From a virus: DNA of 64,000 nt. The notes beneath the pieces were generated by a model, which saw only the letters and a program-made list of their open reading frames with translations, ran no database searches and had not been told where the DNA came from. The stretch lies in IMG/VR virus record IMGVR_UViG_3300021961_008157; one strand, 5' to 3'. Both the position numbers and the translations under genes were made by a program. Shown in pieces: positions 37,254-45,964 of this stretch (positions are counted from its first letter, which is position 1; each line of letters opens with the position of its first letter).

Positions 37254-37954
37254 TATGCTTCCTCTATGTAGTCAGCACTTTCGTCTTGTTTTTTGCTTCG
37301 TGCAAGATACATTTCCAATGCCATTTGTGCTTGGTCTAAATTTTTAAAGCGTGACTTTGTTGCACGACCATTGTGGCGCACTTCAAAGCCACATAGTTCA
37401 TCGCCGTGTATTTCACAGATACGACCATCTTCTAGCGTGATTGTTTTAACGGGCGACGACTCAGTGTATATAGGCTCTTCTACTGGAGCAGTAGGCATTT
37501 GGATCACTGGCTCCTCGTCAGTGGGATTTTCAGCCACAGCAGTAATTTGTTTGGCAATAATGCTACGGTCTTTATTATTTTTTTCTTTGATGTCGCTGTC
37601 GCTTTTAGTTTTTTCTTTTAAGTCTGTATCTTTCTTTTCAGTAGCAATACTGTCAAGATATTCAGCAAAAGATTTTTTAACTTTTTCTAGTTTGTCTTCA
37701 CTGGTGACTGCTTCTTCGATTTTTTCTTCGTCTTCTTCCTCAACGCTTTCATTGGCGCCAACCATGTAGCCTGCGCTGGGTGCTTTTTTATTTGGATCGC
37801 CGCCTAGCACTGGACCTTGCTTGGGCATGCTAAACAATGCTGGCATCTGTGGCACAGACTTTTGTTGACTGTTTAGGCCAGACTTAACAGAAGCAGGTGT
37901 AATGCTGCCTTCAATTACAGCCAGGCGTTGCATTATAGTGTAAATTTCATCCAT
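37253..37954 (-). CDS. acidic hypothetical (probable virion) protein
   Basis: 233 aa, multiple hydrophobic-X-E sites. Confidence 0.65.
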   Translation of the reverse strand: MDEIYTIMQRLAVIEGSITPASVKSGLNSQQKSVPQMPALFSMPKQGPVLGGDPNKKAPSAGYMVGANESVEEEDEEKIEEAVTSEDKLEKVKKSFAEYLDSIATEKKDTDLKEKTKSDSDIKEKNNKDRSIIAKQITAVAENPTDEEPVIQMPTAPVEEPIYTESSPVKTITLEDGRICEIHGDELCGFEVRHNGRATKSRFKNLDQAQMALEMYLARSKKQDESADYIEEA

Positions 37955-37956
37955 GA

Positions 37957-38397
37957 TTATTCCCTAACGTCCTTTAGAAAGCTACGCAATTGCCAAGCAT
38001 ACTTGTTTTGCTGACTCAGTCGTTCAGCAATAAAGTTGGCAATGTCTTGTTTGTTTTCAGCTTCAGCATCAGCAAAACAACTGTTCAATAGGTCTACCAT
38101 TGTTTGGCTGTCTGCCAGTAGTTCTTGGATCATTAGTTTGGCCCGGGGTATTTTTGTTTGGCCGGGTATTTGTGTCAATTCCTGAAAGCGTTCTAAGCTG
38201 CCAGGAGCGTATTCGTCTAAACTTCGTATATACTCAGCCAGTGGATCAATGGCTTCGTACGCATCTTGGTATATCTCTCCAAAAAAATTGTGTAACTGTG
38301 CAAAGTCGCTGCCTTCAACGTTCCAGTGAAAGTAGTGAACTTTTAGATAGTAGGAAAACTGGCTGGCCAGTAGTGTTTTTAGTTGATCAGTTAGCAC
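37957..38397 (-). CDS. dps: Dps/ferritin-like protein
   Basis: HYFHWNVEG, LHNFFGEIY, DPLAEYIR, WQLRS. Confidence 0.9.
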   Translation of the reverse strand: MLTDQLKTLLASQFSYYLKVHYFHWNVEGSDFAQLHNFFGEIYQDAYEAIDPLAEYIRSLDEYAPGSLERFQELTQIPGQTKIPRAKLMIQELLADSQTMVDLLNSCFADAEAENKQDIANFIAERLSQQNKYAWQLRSFLKDVRE

Positions 38398-38581
38398 GAC
38401 GTTTCTTTCCTTTTTTCATATAACTTGGAGTATTTGGAGTTGCATCCGTAGTGTATTTACCAGAAAAGAAGCTGCCGCCGTTTCTACTAACCATGCCCAG
38501 CGGAGCAGCTACTGGTGCTATACCACCTGCGCTAGTGGCGCCAGCTGACGCATTTTCGCGAATAAATTCGTGTGCTTTCAT
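38387..38581 (-). CDS. small basic protein with MKAHEFIRE leader
   Basis: N-terminus resembles the T4 capsid-targeting sequence. Confidence 0.6.
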   Translation of the reverse strand: MKAHEFIRENASAGATSAGGIAPVAAPLGMVSRNGGSFFSGKYTTDATPNTPSYMKKGKKRRAN

Positions 38582-38859
38582 TGTGTAATTTTTAAAATAT
38601 TGTTGGTAATGCGTCCGGGACCGTGGTCAACACGGAGGTTGTTTATGTGCAATGTTGCTACAGTGGGATCAAGCAATTGATAACTGATAACGTATTCCCC
38701 AGGTTCTGCTTCAATTTGGAGCATTTCTTCAAGATACTCGTTGGTCCACTTCCATGTGCGTTCAGCAAACAGTTCGTCATCAACATACACACGGTATACA
38801 GGCGGTGTGCCCGACCAAGTGCAATCAAGATCACACAGTACACGAACAAATTGTCTCAT
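38578..38859 (-). CDS. hypothetical protein
   Basis: 93 aa, TAAATA 4 nt upstream. Confidence 0.65.
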   Translation of the reverse strand: MRQFVRVLCDLDCTWSGTPPVYRVYVDDELFAERTWKWTNEYLEEMLQIEAEPGEYVISYQLLDPTVATLHINNLRVDHGPGRITNNILKITQ

Positions 38860-38877
38860 CCTGTATTTAGCTACAGT

Positions 38878-39066
38878 TTATTGAACTTGTTTGATAGAAC
38901 CTATGTGCCAGTCTTGTATATTATATTGGGTTTTTAAGATGTTCCGGGCTACAGTAATGTTTGGAGCCCAAGTTGTTACGTTAACCAAAGAAACATATCG
39001 TGGGTTTTCAATACGGATTTTAGCAATCCATTGCTTGGCTGACCCGACAATTTCTTTGGCTTTCAT
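38878..39066 (-). CDS. hypothetical protein
   Basis: 62 aa, TAAATA 7 nt upstream. Confidence 0.6.
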   Translation of the reverse strand: MKAKEIVGSAKQWIAKIRIENPRYVSLVNVTTWAPNITVARNILKTQYNIQDWHIGSIKQVQ

Positions 39067-39099
39067 TGTGTATTATTTACCAGATAAATGGTCATAATT

Positions 39100-40086
39100 C
39101 TATGCATTGTGCCCATATACTTGATAGTATCTTAGAATCATTGAATCTGCAAAAAATTTGTGTGATAGTAGTCCGGGATGGCTGCCGTCAGAACCCAGGT
39201 CAATATAATGATCATCGTGGTTCTGCCCAAAAATTCCATGTAATGGAATAAAATTCGGCATTCTTTCCATGTCTGACTCAATGCCTTTGATTAGTGTTGC
39301 TAAAATAAATTTAACTCCGATTTTATTACAAAAATTTATAACTTGGTAAATCGACGTTATAGATTTGTACTGTGTATGGTCAGACAAAAAGTATTCTTTA
39401 GTTATTAACTTTGCAGCCAGACTGCTTGCGTGACTTTTGTTTATATTTGTAAATTTCACCGACATCGACATATCGTCCCAAAATGAAAATCTTTTTGGAT
39501 TTGTAATCCCCCAAAATAAAATATCATTTTTTTCTAAGTCGGACCGCAAGATCTGATCGGCTGCCCACTCAATTGAACTCCCTGAGCGTGTCAGGAAAGA
39601 AACTGGAAGATTTAATTTTTCAGAAATTATATTTCCATAACGTTCGTGTTGTTGAACACCCATTCCGTCACTTATACTACATCCAGCAATCCAAATTTGC
39701 GGTTTTTCTGATCTTTTTGTGTCAGCAAGTTCCAGTGAATTCTTGGCTATCCCCTTTGCTTCATATCCATGAACAATTTTTGTTGGGTCCTTTGAGAATA
39801 CTGTTAGATACGATTCGATCCATTCTTTTTGCTTGCTAGATTGAAAGAGAGATTGATCAGACCATTTTTCAGGAGGAGCATATATTATTCTGTTTGCCTG
39901 TCTTAAAACAGATGCAAATTGTACCAAATTGTCAAGGTCGCCAATACTGATATAGTAAGTGCCCGGTGATAGTTCTTTGTAATTTTTGTTGGTAATTAAT
40001 ACTGCATCAAGATCATGTTTTTGTGCTGTTTCTGCCAAATACGGAGTTATATCGCCAACAAAAATTGTAATTTCTTCGGTGGCCAT
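39100..40086 (-). CDS. SGNH hydrolase-like protein
   Basis: AGCSIS, GSS, DGSHP (DxxH). Confidence 0.6.
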   Translation of the reverse strand: MATEEITIFVGDITPYLAETAQKHDLDAVLITNKNYKELSPGTYYISIGDLDNLVQFASVLRQANRIIYAPPEKWSDQSLFQSSKQKEWIESYLTVFSKDPTKIVHGYEAKGIAKNSLELADTKRSEKPQIWIAGCSISDGMGVQQHERYGNIISEKLNLPVSFLTRSGSSIEWAADQILRSDLEKNDILFWGITNPKRFSFWDDMSMSVKFTNINKSHASSLAAKLITKEYFLSDHTQYKSITSIYQVINFCNKIGVKFILATLIKGIESDMERMPNFIPLHGIFGQNHDDHYIDLGSDGSHPGLLSHKFFADSMILRYYQVYGHNA

Positions 40087-40092
40087 TGAATA

Positions 40093-40722
40093 CTACTTTG
40101 TAGATTTAGCGGCGTTCTTTTCCTTTACAGCACCCTCGGGCATGTAGGGAAAACTTACAGGATGTCGAAAACATGCTTTAGGATCGCCTTGCCCCGCTTC
40201 GATTAAAAATGCTGTTTCGGCGGGCACTTGTCCCATAGGGCAATAGCATGTGGCAATGCCATTTGGTCCCTTTTCGCAATTCCAGCTAAAACAGTTGCTG
40301 GCATTGTAGCCTTGCTTTAGATCGGCGCTGCATTTTTGAACCACAACTTTCATGTCTTTGGGCTTGTGGCTGAAGTTATTGGCTTCTTGTGGATACTCTA
40401 GCCGCGGCCAAAATGTGCTCCATACATGTTTGCTGTCAGTGGGCTCGCAACTGCCCTTCATGTTGCCCATGCTGGTGTCAGCAATATTGGGACCGTTTAA
40501 TATGGGGCAACGGCACACCACTTCAGGATATGAATTGCCAGCTGAGTTAGTAATCATTCGCTGCGTACCATCGGCATTCATTACAGGCTTACAAGTACTG
40601 GCTGCACAAAGCGCAAATTCGCCTTGGCAAATGGTCAATCCCGGAGGTGCTTTGGGTTTTGATTGTGCAAATGCTGCACTAGCCAGTACTAAACTGGTTA
40701 AAAATATTACTAGTTGTTTCAT
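40093..40722 (-). CDS. secreted Cys-rich protein
   Basis: signal peptide (AAFA) and many Cys. Confidence 0.7.
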   Translation of the reverse strand: MKQLVIFLTSLVLASAAFAQSKPKAPPGLTICQGEFALCAASTCKPVMNADGTQRMITNSAGNSYPEVVCRCPILNGPNIADTSMGNMKGSCEPTDSKHVWSTFWPRLEYPQEANNFSHKPKDMKVVVQKCSADLKQGYNASNCFSWNCEKGPNGIATCYCPMGQVPAETAFLIEAGQGDPKACFRHPVSFPYMPEGAVKEKNAAKSTK

Positions 40723-40723
40723 G

Positions 40724-41611
40724 TTAATCCGCCTTAATTTGTACGTTACTTATACTCATTGATGTGGTGCTACCACACATTGCACCCCATGAGCATGAAC
40801 CATTCCACCAGCCCTGGGGTTGCCCGGGACTCCAACCGCCCTGCCAAATACTAGCATGAATCCAATAACCATTGTTCATGCTGGTTTTAAGATCGTTCAT
40901 GTTAATAGAACCGCTGCCACTATATCCAGACCCAACAGTTGAATCATACACTACCACGCTGTTGCTCCCTTGAGTGTATGTGACTTTATATGTGGGAGTG
41001 TCACCATAGGTAAAGTCAGCAGTCATTTGTACTGGTTTGGTAATGTCAATAATGCCGGCTAACTTGTGCGATCCCCCTGATGGATTGTCGCTCATTTTAC
41101 TAGAATCATAGCAGCTGGTGTTCAATGCTTTGTCAGTATAGCTAAGTTCAAATCGTTGTGGTGCATTTATGCCACCGTTGCCTGTGTGAATTGTAGTTTG
41201 AATTACTGCGTTGGCGTTGGATTCAAGCATGTCAATTTCACGGCAATTTTGATCAGTCAAGTTGCCCCCAGCATCACAATAGTCTTTGCCCGAGTTTGAA
41301 CGGGTGGGATTGGTTGGATTGCTTACCATATAAAAAGTATGATTTACAAAATTACTAGTGGCTCGGCTGAGATCAACAGTGGCTGTAATTTGTGTGATGT
41401 TTTTGTATGATTGCTTGCTTACCACTCGTCCCGCGGCACACGAAGACGTGCCAAAAGACACAGCGCCCGGTGTATTCACATCAGGATTGGTGTCGCAACT
41501 TTTATAGTCTACTACAAATGTTGGTGTGTATGTGGTTTGTGCTGTGCTTGTTACTGTTGGTTTACATCCGACTAATAATGATAAAAATACCAGTGTTACT
41601 AATTGTTTCAT
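40724..41611 (-). CDS. lipoprotein with GH16/GH7-like catalytic motif
   Basis: lipobox LVGC; CREIDMLE (ExDxxE); YCDA. Confidence 0.6.
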   Translation of the reverse strand: MKQLVTLVFLSLLVGCKPTVTSTAQTTYTPTFVVDYKSCDTNPDVNTPGAVSFGTSSCAAGRVVSKQSYKNITQITATVDLSRATSNFVNHTFYMVSNPTNPTRSNSGKDYCDAGGNLTDQNCREIDMLESNANAVIQTTIHTGNGGINAPQRFELSYTDKALNTSCYDSSKMSDNPSGGSHKLAGIIDITKPVQMTADFTYGDTPTYKVTYTQGSNSVVVYDSTVGSGYSGSGSINMNDLKTSMNNGYWIHASIWQGGWSPGQPQGWWNGSCSWGAMCGSTTSMSISNVQIKAD

Positions 41612-41650
41612 GTTACTTCCTTCAATTTTATTTAACAATATAGACGGTCC

Positions 41651-41935
41651 TTACCACCATTTCATTGCCACACCAAATCCAAATACATTTACACAAGCAA
41701 AGTATGCTGTCAGGAGCATGGGCCACGGAATGCCCCGGCGGTAATACGCATACACTCCGGCGATAGAACCAATGAAAAATCCGGGATACACAATACGCAT
41801 GTCAGGATTGTCAGCAGTTAATGCCAGCGTTAAACTGGCTCCTACAGTTGTTATAAAACTAACCAGCTCGTAGTAAAAGGCAGTGCGATCGATTTTATAG
41901 CTTTGGATCCAAAAGGCTATTATTTTTTGTTTCAT
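41651..41935 (-). CDS. small multi-pass membrane protein
   Basis: three hydrophobic segments. Confidence 0.7.
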   Translation of the reverse strand: MKQKIIAFWIQSYKIDRTAFYYELVSFITTVGASLTLALTADNPDMRIVYPGFFIGSIAGVYAYYRRGIPWPMLLTAYFACVNVFGFGVAMKWW

Positions 41936-41954
41936 CGTTTGTTGCGTGTTTTGC

Positions 41955-42053
41955 CTATAAAATTCTGATCATTACCATTACTGTTATTACTGCCACTGCC
42001 GCTATTAGTATTAGATCCGACACCGTTTCCTTGATCTTGTTCTTGTCCATCAT
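41955..42053 (-). CDS. 32-aa membrane peptide (not in ORF track)
   Basis: MMDKNKIKETVSDLILIAAVAVITVMVMIRIL*; ATGA coupling; flanked by 27-bp imperfect repeats. Confidence 0.45.
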   Translation of the reverse strand: MMDKNKIKETVSDLILIAAVAVITVMVMIRIL

Positions 42054-42352
42054 CGCTTGCTGCGTGTTTCGCCCATGGACATTCCCCATGTGCCATCTTC
42101 ATCTACGCCGCCTGCTCGTGCGTCCTGCTGCGACATTTTAGCTGTTTCTGCATTCCGTGCAGCGTCGGCAGCTTGTGATTGCCAGCTACTTTCATCATCA
42201 ACGTTCCCAGTTTCTTCTTCCTCAATGGGCACACAGTTGTTGACTCGCACGCCACCTTTCATTTTGGTTTTGGGATTGCCAATCTTTTTACCTGACCAGC
42301 ATTTGGGATCTAGCCGTGTTTTTTCTTCAATTATGATGTCTTGGATTTTCAT
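42050..42352 (-). CDS. small modular probable virion protein
   Basis: MKIQDIIIE leader, CWSG...NNCVP module, GGVDE. Confidence 0.65.
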   Translation of the reverse strand: MKIQDIIIEEKTRLDPKCWSGKKIGNPKTKMKGGVRVNNCVPIEEEETGNVDDESSWQSQAADAARNAETAKMSQQDARAGGVDEDGTWGMSMGETRSKR

Positions 42353-42364
42353 ATGTACCTTTGT

Positions 42365-44359
42365 TTATGTTCGGCTGGTATAGTCCTTGAAGTTTTCCGC
42401 ACGATCTTGTAACCCCCGCATACCCGGATTGATCATTCGGGTTACTGCGGCTACGTCATTGTAGTTATCTACATTGGGCTGCACACGATGTTTCCAGTAC
42501 CACACAGCCACTTGTGCTGCTACTGCTGGATCTTCAACTAATTCTGGTCGTTGTTCAAGTGGTAATCCCAGTGCTTGTCCAGCTACTTTGTAGTTGTGTC
42601 GCCCGGTCAATTGTATAAACCCACGACCTTTGTAGCGTTCACCATCACCAGCAAACTTATTGCCTAGTGCCCGTGCTTTCTTTGGTGCGTGTTTAGGATC
42701 GTATTTCCGAAAGTCTAACTTACCGCCAATTTCTTTTAGTCGTTTAAAGTCCAGTGTTTCGTGGGCGCATTGTGCCATAAACGCTGCTAGTTCAGTGCCG
42801 GCTAGACCAGCACGTTGAGCAACAGATTTTAACACATTTTCAAGTGGACTGTTTGTTATATTTTTTATTTGCGCCGGTGCTTTGGGTTGTGCCTGCTTGG
42901 CTGTTTGTGCTTTTTGCACGCCTTGGGCAATGGAACTTTTTGCAACTGGTGCTTGGATTTGTTTTGCTGGTTGCTGTGGTGCAGGAGCAGTTGCTACTGG
43001 AGCGGTGCTGCTTGAACTCCATTTATTAAACGCATCTTTTGCAGCCATACCACCAGCGCCACCTGCACCAATAGCGCCAGCAATAGCCAAGTTTCCTAGA
43101 GTGTCCTTCCAACCTTCTCCGAGTGGCAATGATTGTTTTAAGAACTGCTCACCTTCACTGGTAACATACCAATATCCGTCATCGTTGATAGCATAACCAT
43201 TGCTATCTAAACTGTCTAACACGTTGTCATATTCTGCGGTGCGTGACTCATCTTCGATAAAATCCATACCTAATTTTGCTGCTGTATAGATAGCGTGTAA
43301 TACTAATATCTTGCCGTAACCCTTACCTTTGTATTCGGGATTGACTTCAGCAATGCTGCGTCCACTGTTTGCGTCATATTGATAACCGCCTGCAGGTTTG
43401 CCGTTAACTGTCATTTCAGTAGCAAACTTATTACGACCTTTACGAACTGAAATAGCAACTTGCTCTACTGACTCCGCCACACCTTGCTTCTTTGCCCAGT
43501 CGTCTGGAGAAACTTTATTTTTTTCAATAAATCGATCGTGTAGTTTGCTCGGTGTTATTTTATGATTTTTGGCCACAGTTTGCATCATGTGATCTATGGC
43601 GTCATAACTGTGGGGATCTTTAAGATCTTTTTCTAAATCTTCAACGCTGTCTTCGTTGGCTTTCTTTTTCCCACCTTTCATATTGGCGCACCAGTGATAC
43701 ATTTTGCCTTTTTCGCCTGAGTACTTTTTGGCCTTAGCCCGCAAGTCAGTTACTGAACCAGCGCAACTTGCGCCCGCTGCTTTTACACGACCTGGGCGAC
43801 TTTTACCTTTTACTTTACCGTCAGCAAAGTTTTCCGCCACACCTTGTTCCCAGATATTTTTACCCGGTTTGTGTTTGTCCCAGAATGCAGCACCGGCATC
43901 TGTTTGCTGTCCACTGCGGCGTATTCTATATCCCTTACTCTTAACATAATCATACATTGTGGCGGCAATGCCTTGACCACGGAAGCGTTCATCAACTTCT
44001 AAGTCTTGTGGATTGAGAACCATGCCTTGACTGTCATAATCTATTGTAAATAATACATGTCCTAATTCTCTACTACCTGCTGATGCCTTGACAAATACTT
44101 CTCCATCATCATCATCTTTTTGAAGTAAAATGTTTATACCGCCGTAGTTTTCTCTGTTCTCTGCCACACCAGCGGTGCTGCCCAGTCCTGGTAGTTTTAC
44201 ACCAATAACATCTTGCACCAAGTCCCAACCCTGTTTGTATTTTTTCGCAGCGATTAAACGTTTGAGTTCGGCTTTTTGCTCAGCCGTGGCCAATGTGAAA
44301 AACTTAAAAGTTTCCATTGCGCCTATGTTACGCTTGTAACTCAACTCATTTAATCGCAT
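42365..44359 (-). CDS. polyprotein: two GNAT-like domains, small modules and C-terminal GH19 lysozyme/chitinase
   Basis: VDERFRGQGIA, VNPEYKGKGYG; AFMAQCAHET, YKGRGFIQLTGRHNY, TRMINPG; GVAE linkers. Confidence 0.8.
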   Translation of the reverse strand: MRLNELSYKRNIGAMETFKFFTLATAEQKAELKRLIAAKKYKQGWDLVQDVIGVKLPGLGSTAGVAENRENYGGINILLQKDDDDGEVFVKASAGSRELGHVLFTIDYDSQGMVLNPQDLEVDERFRGQGIAATMYDYVKSKGYRIRRSGQQTDAGAAFWDKHKPGKNIWEQGVAENFADGKVKGKSRPGRVKAAGASCAGSVTDLRAKAKKYSGEKGKMYHWCANMKGGKKKANEDSVEDLEKDLKDPHSYDAIDHMMQTVAKNHKITPSKLHDRFIEKNKVSPDDWAKKQGVAESVEQVAISVRKGRNKFATEMTVNGKPAGGYQYDANSGRSIAEVNPEYKGKGYGKILVLHAIYTAAKLGMDFIEDESRTAEYDNVLDSLDSNGYAINDDGYWYVTSEGEQFLKQSLPLGEGWKDTLGNLAIAGAIGAGGAGGMAAKDAFNKWSSSSTAPVATAPAPQQPAKQIQAPVAKSSIAQGVQKAQTAKQAQPKAPAQIKNITNSPLENVLKSVAQRAGLAGTELAAFMAQCAHETLDFKRLKEIGGKLDFRKYDPKHAPKKARALGNKFAGDGERYKGRGFIQLTGRHNYKVAGQALGLPLEQRPELVEDPAVAAQVAVWYWKHRVQPNVDNYNDVAAVTRMINPGMRGLQDRAENFKDYTSRT

Positions 44360-44370
44360 ACGTGTTGCTT

Positions 44371-45516
44371 TTATTCGTCAATATAGTTTTTAACCAGCAA
44401 AACATCAAATCCGCCAGAAACACTGGCATTGGTGTTTAACACTGATAACACTCTCATTATCATGTCAGTTTTTTCCGGGAATCGAATGCCCCCATATATG
44501 ACATTTTGGAGTCTAAACGTTGTGCCAATAGCCGTTTGATTTAAAATACGCTCTGCTTTCCCAAATTCACGAACCCACCCGGCAACGATAGCTTGATTTG
44601 TTTGTGCATCTAACAGCGAAGCACTAAACTCTTTAACATATGCAGTATAACCAGCGGGAACAGTATAAGCAGCAATAGCACTTTGTCCTGCAGCCGCGGG
44701 CAGGACCATGAATATATTGGCCGTTGTAGTAGTATGCTGTGCTGTTAAGGTGCCTACATTACTCACCTGACCTGCTGCGGGCGTTTGTACAATGCCTAAA
44801 CTCATGCGCCAAAATGTCAAAGTAGTTACACCAACACCTGATCCATTCAAAGTTACAACTTCATCTATTGGATTGTAATTAAAATCCAAGCCGTATAATT
44901 TTACAGTCAAGCCAGCATCTGTCGCGCCGGCGCTGCTGGTCACAGTCAGCGTTTCGGCAGTGCCTGTTGTGGGGAATCCAGTATAAAAGCCGCCACCGTT
45001 CCACACATCTTCGGGACCATCAACGTCAGTGTTGAATCCAACTCGATTAACAATAGTACGGCCTTGATATTTGCCTTCGGCTACAAGATCAATTGCGTCC
45101 ATGCTGCGCACCACAATAGAGTCAGCGTCAAATGACACCGTGTCATCAAGTCTTGTAGTGGGTATAGCAATTTTGGCACTGGTACTGAGCACGGTTACTA
45201 CATCAGTAGTGCTGGTGCTCCCGCTGGCGTTTTCAATACGCAAGCGAAAGTATGGACTGATCGAAACAAAGTTGTGAATTTTGCCTGTCAACACTACATT
45301 TGAGTCGCTAATTTGTAAGATTCGTATGGGATTGGTTCCGTCAGTACTAAATTCAGCATATGCTGTTACTGCCTGGTTGGTGCTCATTGTCGTTGATATG
45401 CTGGCATATGGAACTACATAATCCCAGCCACCTGTCCATGATTGACCTGTTAGTATGTCAGCAGTGGTGCTGTTGTTTGTGCTTACAGTTCCTGTTTGAG
45501 TGTATAAAAAGCTCAT
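44371..45516 (-). CDS. Thr/Ser/Gly-rich beta-structured probable virion protein
   Basis: composition; YTVPAGYT; start at MSFLY coupled to upstream stop. Confidence 0.55.
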   Translation of the reverse strand: MSFLYTQTGTVSTNNSTTADILTGQSWTGGWDYVVPYASISTTMSTNQAVTAYAEFSTDGTNPIRILQISDSNVVLTGKIHNFVSISPYFRLRIENASGSTSTTDVVTVLSTSAKIAIPTTRLDDTVSFDADSIVVRSMDAIDLVAEGKYQGRTIVNRVGFNTDVDGPEDVWNGGGFYTGFPTTGTAETLTVTSSAGATDAGLTVKLYGLDFNYNPIDEVVTLNGSGVGVTTLTFWRMSLGIVQTPAAGQVSNVGTLTAQHTTTTANIFMVLPAAAGQSAIAAYTVPAGYTAYVKEFSASLLDAQTNQAIVAGWVREFGKAERILNQTAIGTTFRLQNVIYGGIRFPEKTDMIMRVLSVLNTNASVSGGFDVLLVKNYIDE

Positions 45517-45950
45517 TATATTATTCTCCATCCGTTATTGTATATCATAGCCAGTGCTCCATTGTTGACTGCCAGCGTTGCACCACCAGCATCGTTGTCT
45601 ATGGTTCCCACTAGTACTATGTTGTTGACGTTGCAATTGCCGCTTTCGTCTTTAATTGTAATTTGTTTACCGGCCACTGCGCTGGTTGGTAGGGTAACAG
45701 TACAGACACCCGCATAGTTTATGCCAACATAGTAGTCATCAGTAGCCAGTGTATAAGAAGATGTAGTCACCGTGGTTGTATTATATACCGGCGCACCAGT
45801 GTTGTATATAAGCGTACCACCGGGTGTTACGCCGTCACCAATACGTAGCCGAGGGTCGGCTTCACTGTACCAAATTTTTCCTAAATCTCCTACATACGTG
45901 GCTGCATCACCTTTGGTTTTGAAGCTACTCCATATTTTGTAAAAGCTCAT
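45516..45950 (-). CDS. tail fibre/appendage-like protein
   Basis: LRIGDGVTPGG, VTLPTS, IKDESG, terminal WRII. Confidence 0.55.
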   Translation of the reverse strand: MSFYKIWSSFKTKGDAATYVGDLGKIWYSEADPRLRIGDGVTPGGTLIYNTGAPVYNTTTVTTSSYTLATDDYYVGINYAGVCTVTLPTSAVAGKQITIKDESGNCNVNNIVLVGTIDNDAGGATLAVNNGALAMIYNNGWRII

Positions 45951-45964
45951 TTTAATGCCCTTTA

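Noticed and set aside
36045-44173. GGTGTGGCGGA repeats as a CRISPR array or REP elements
   Set aside because: Too short, irregularly spaced, always in frame within genes; no cas genes.
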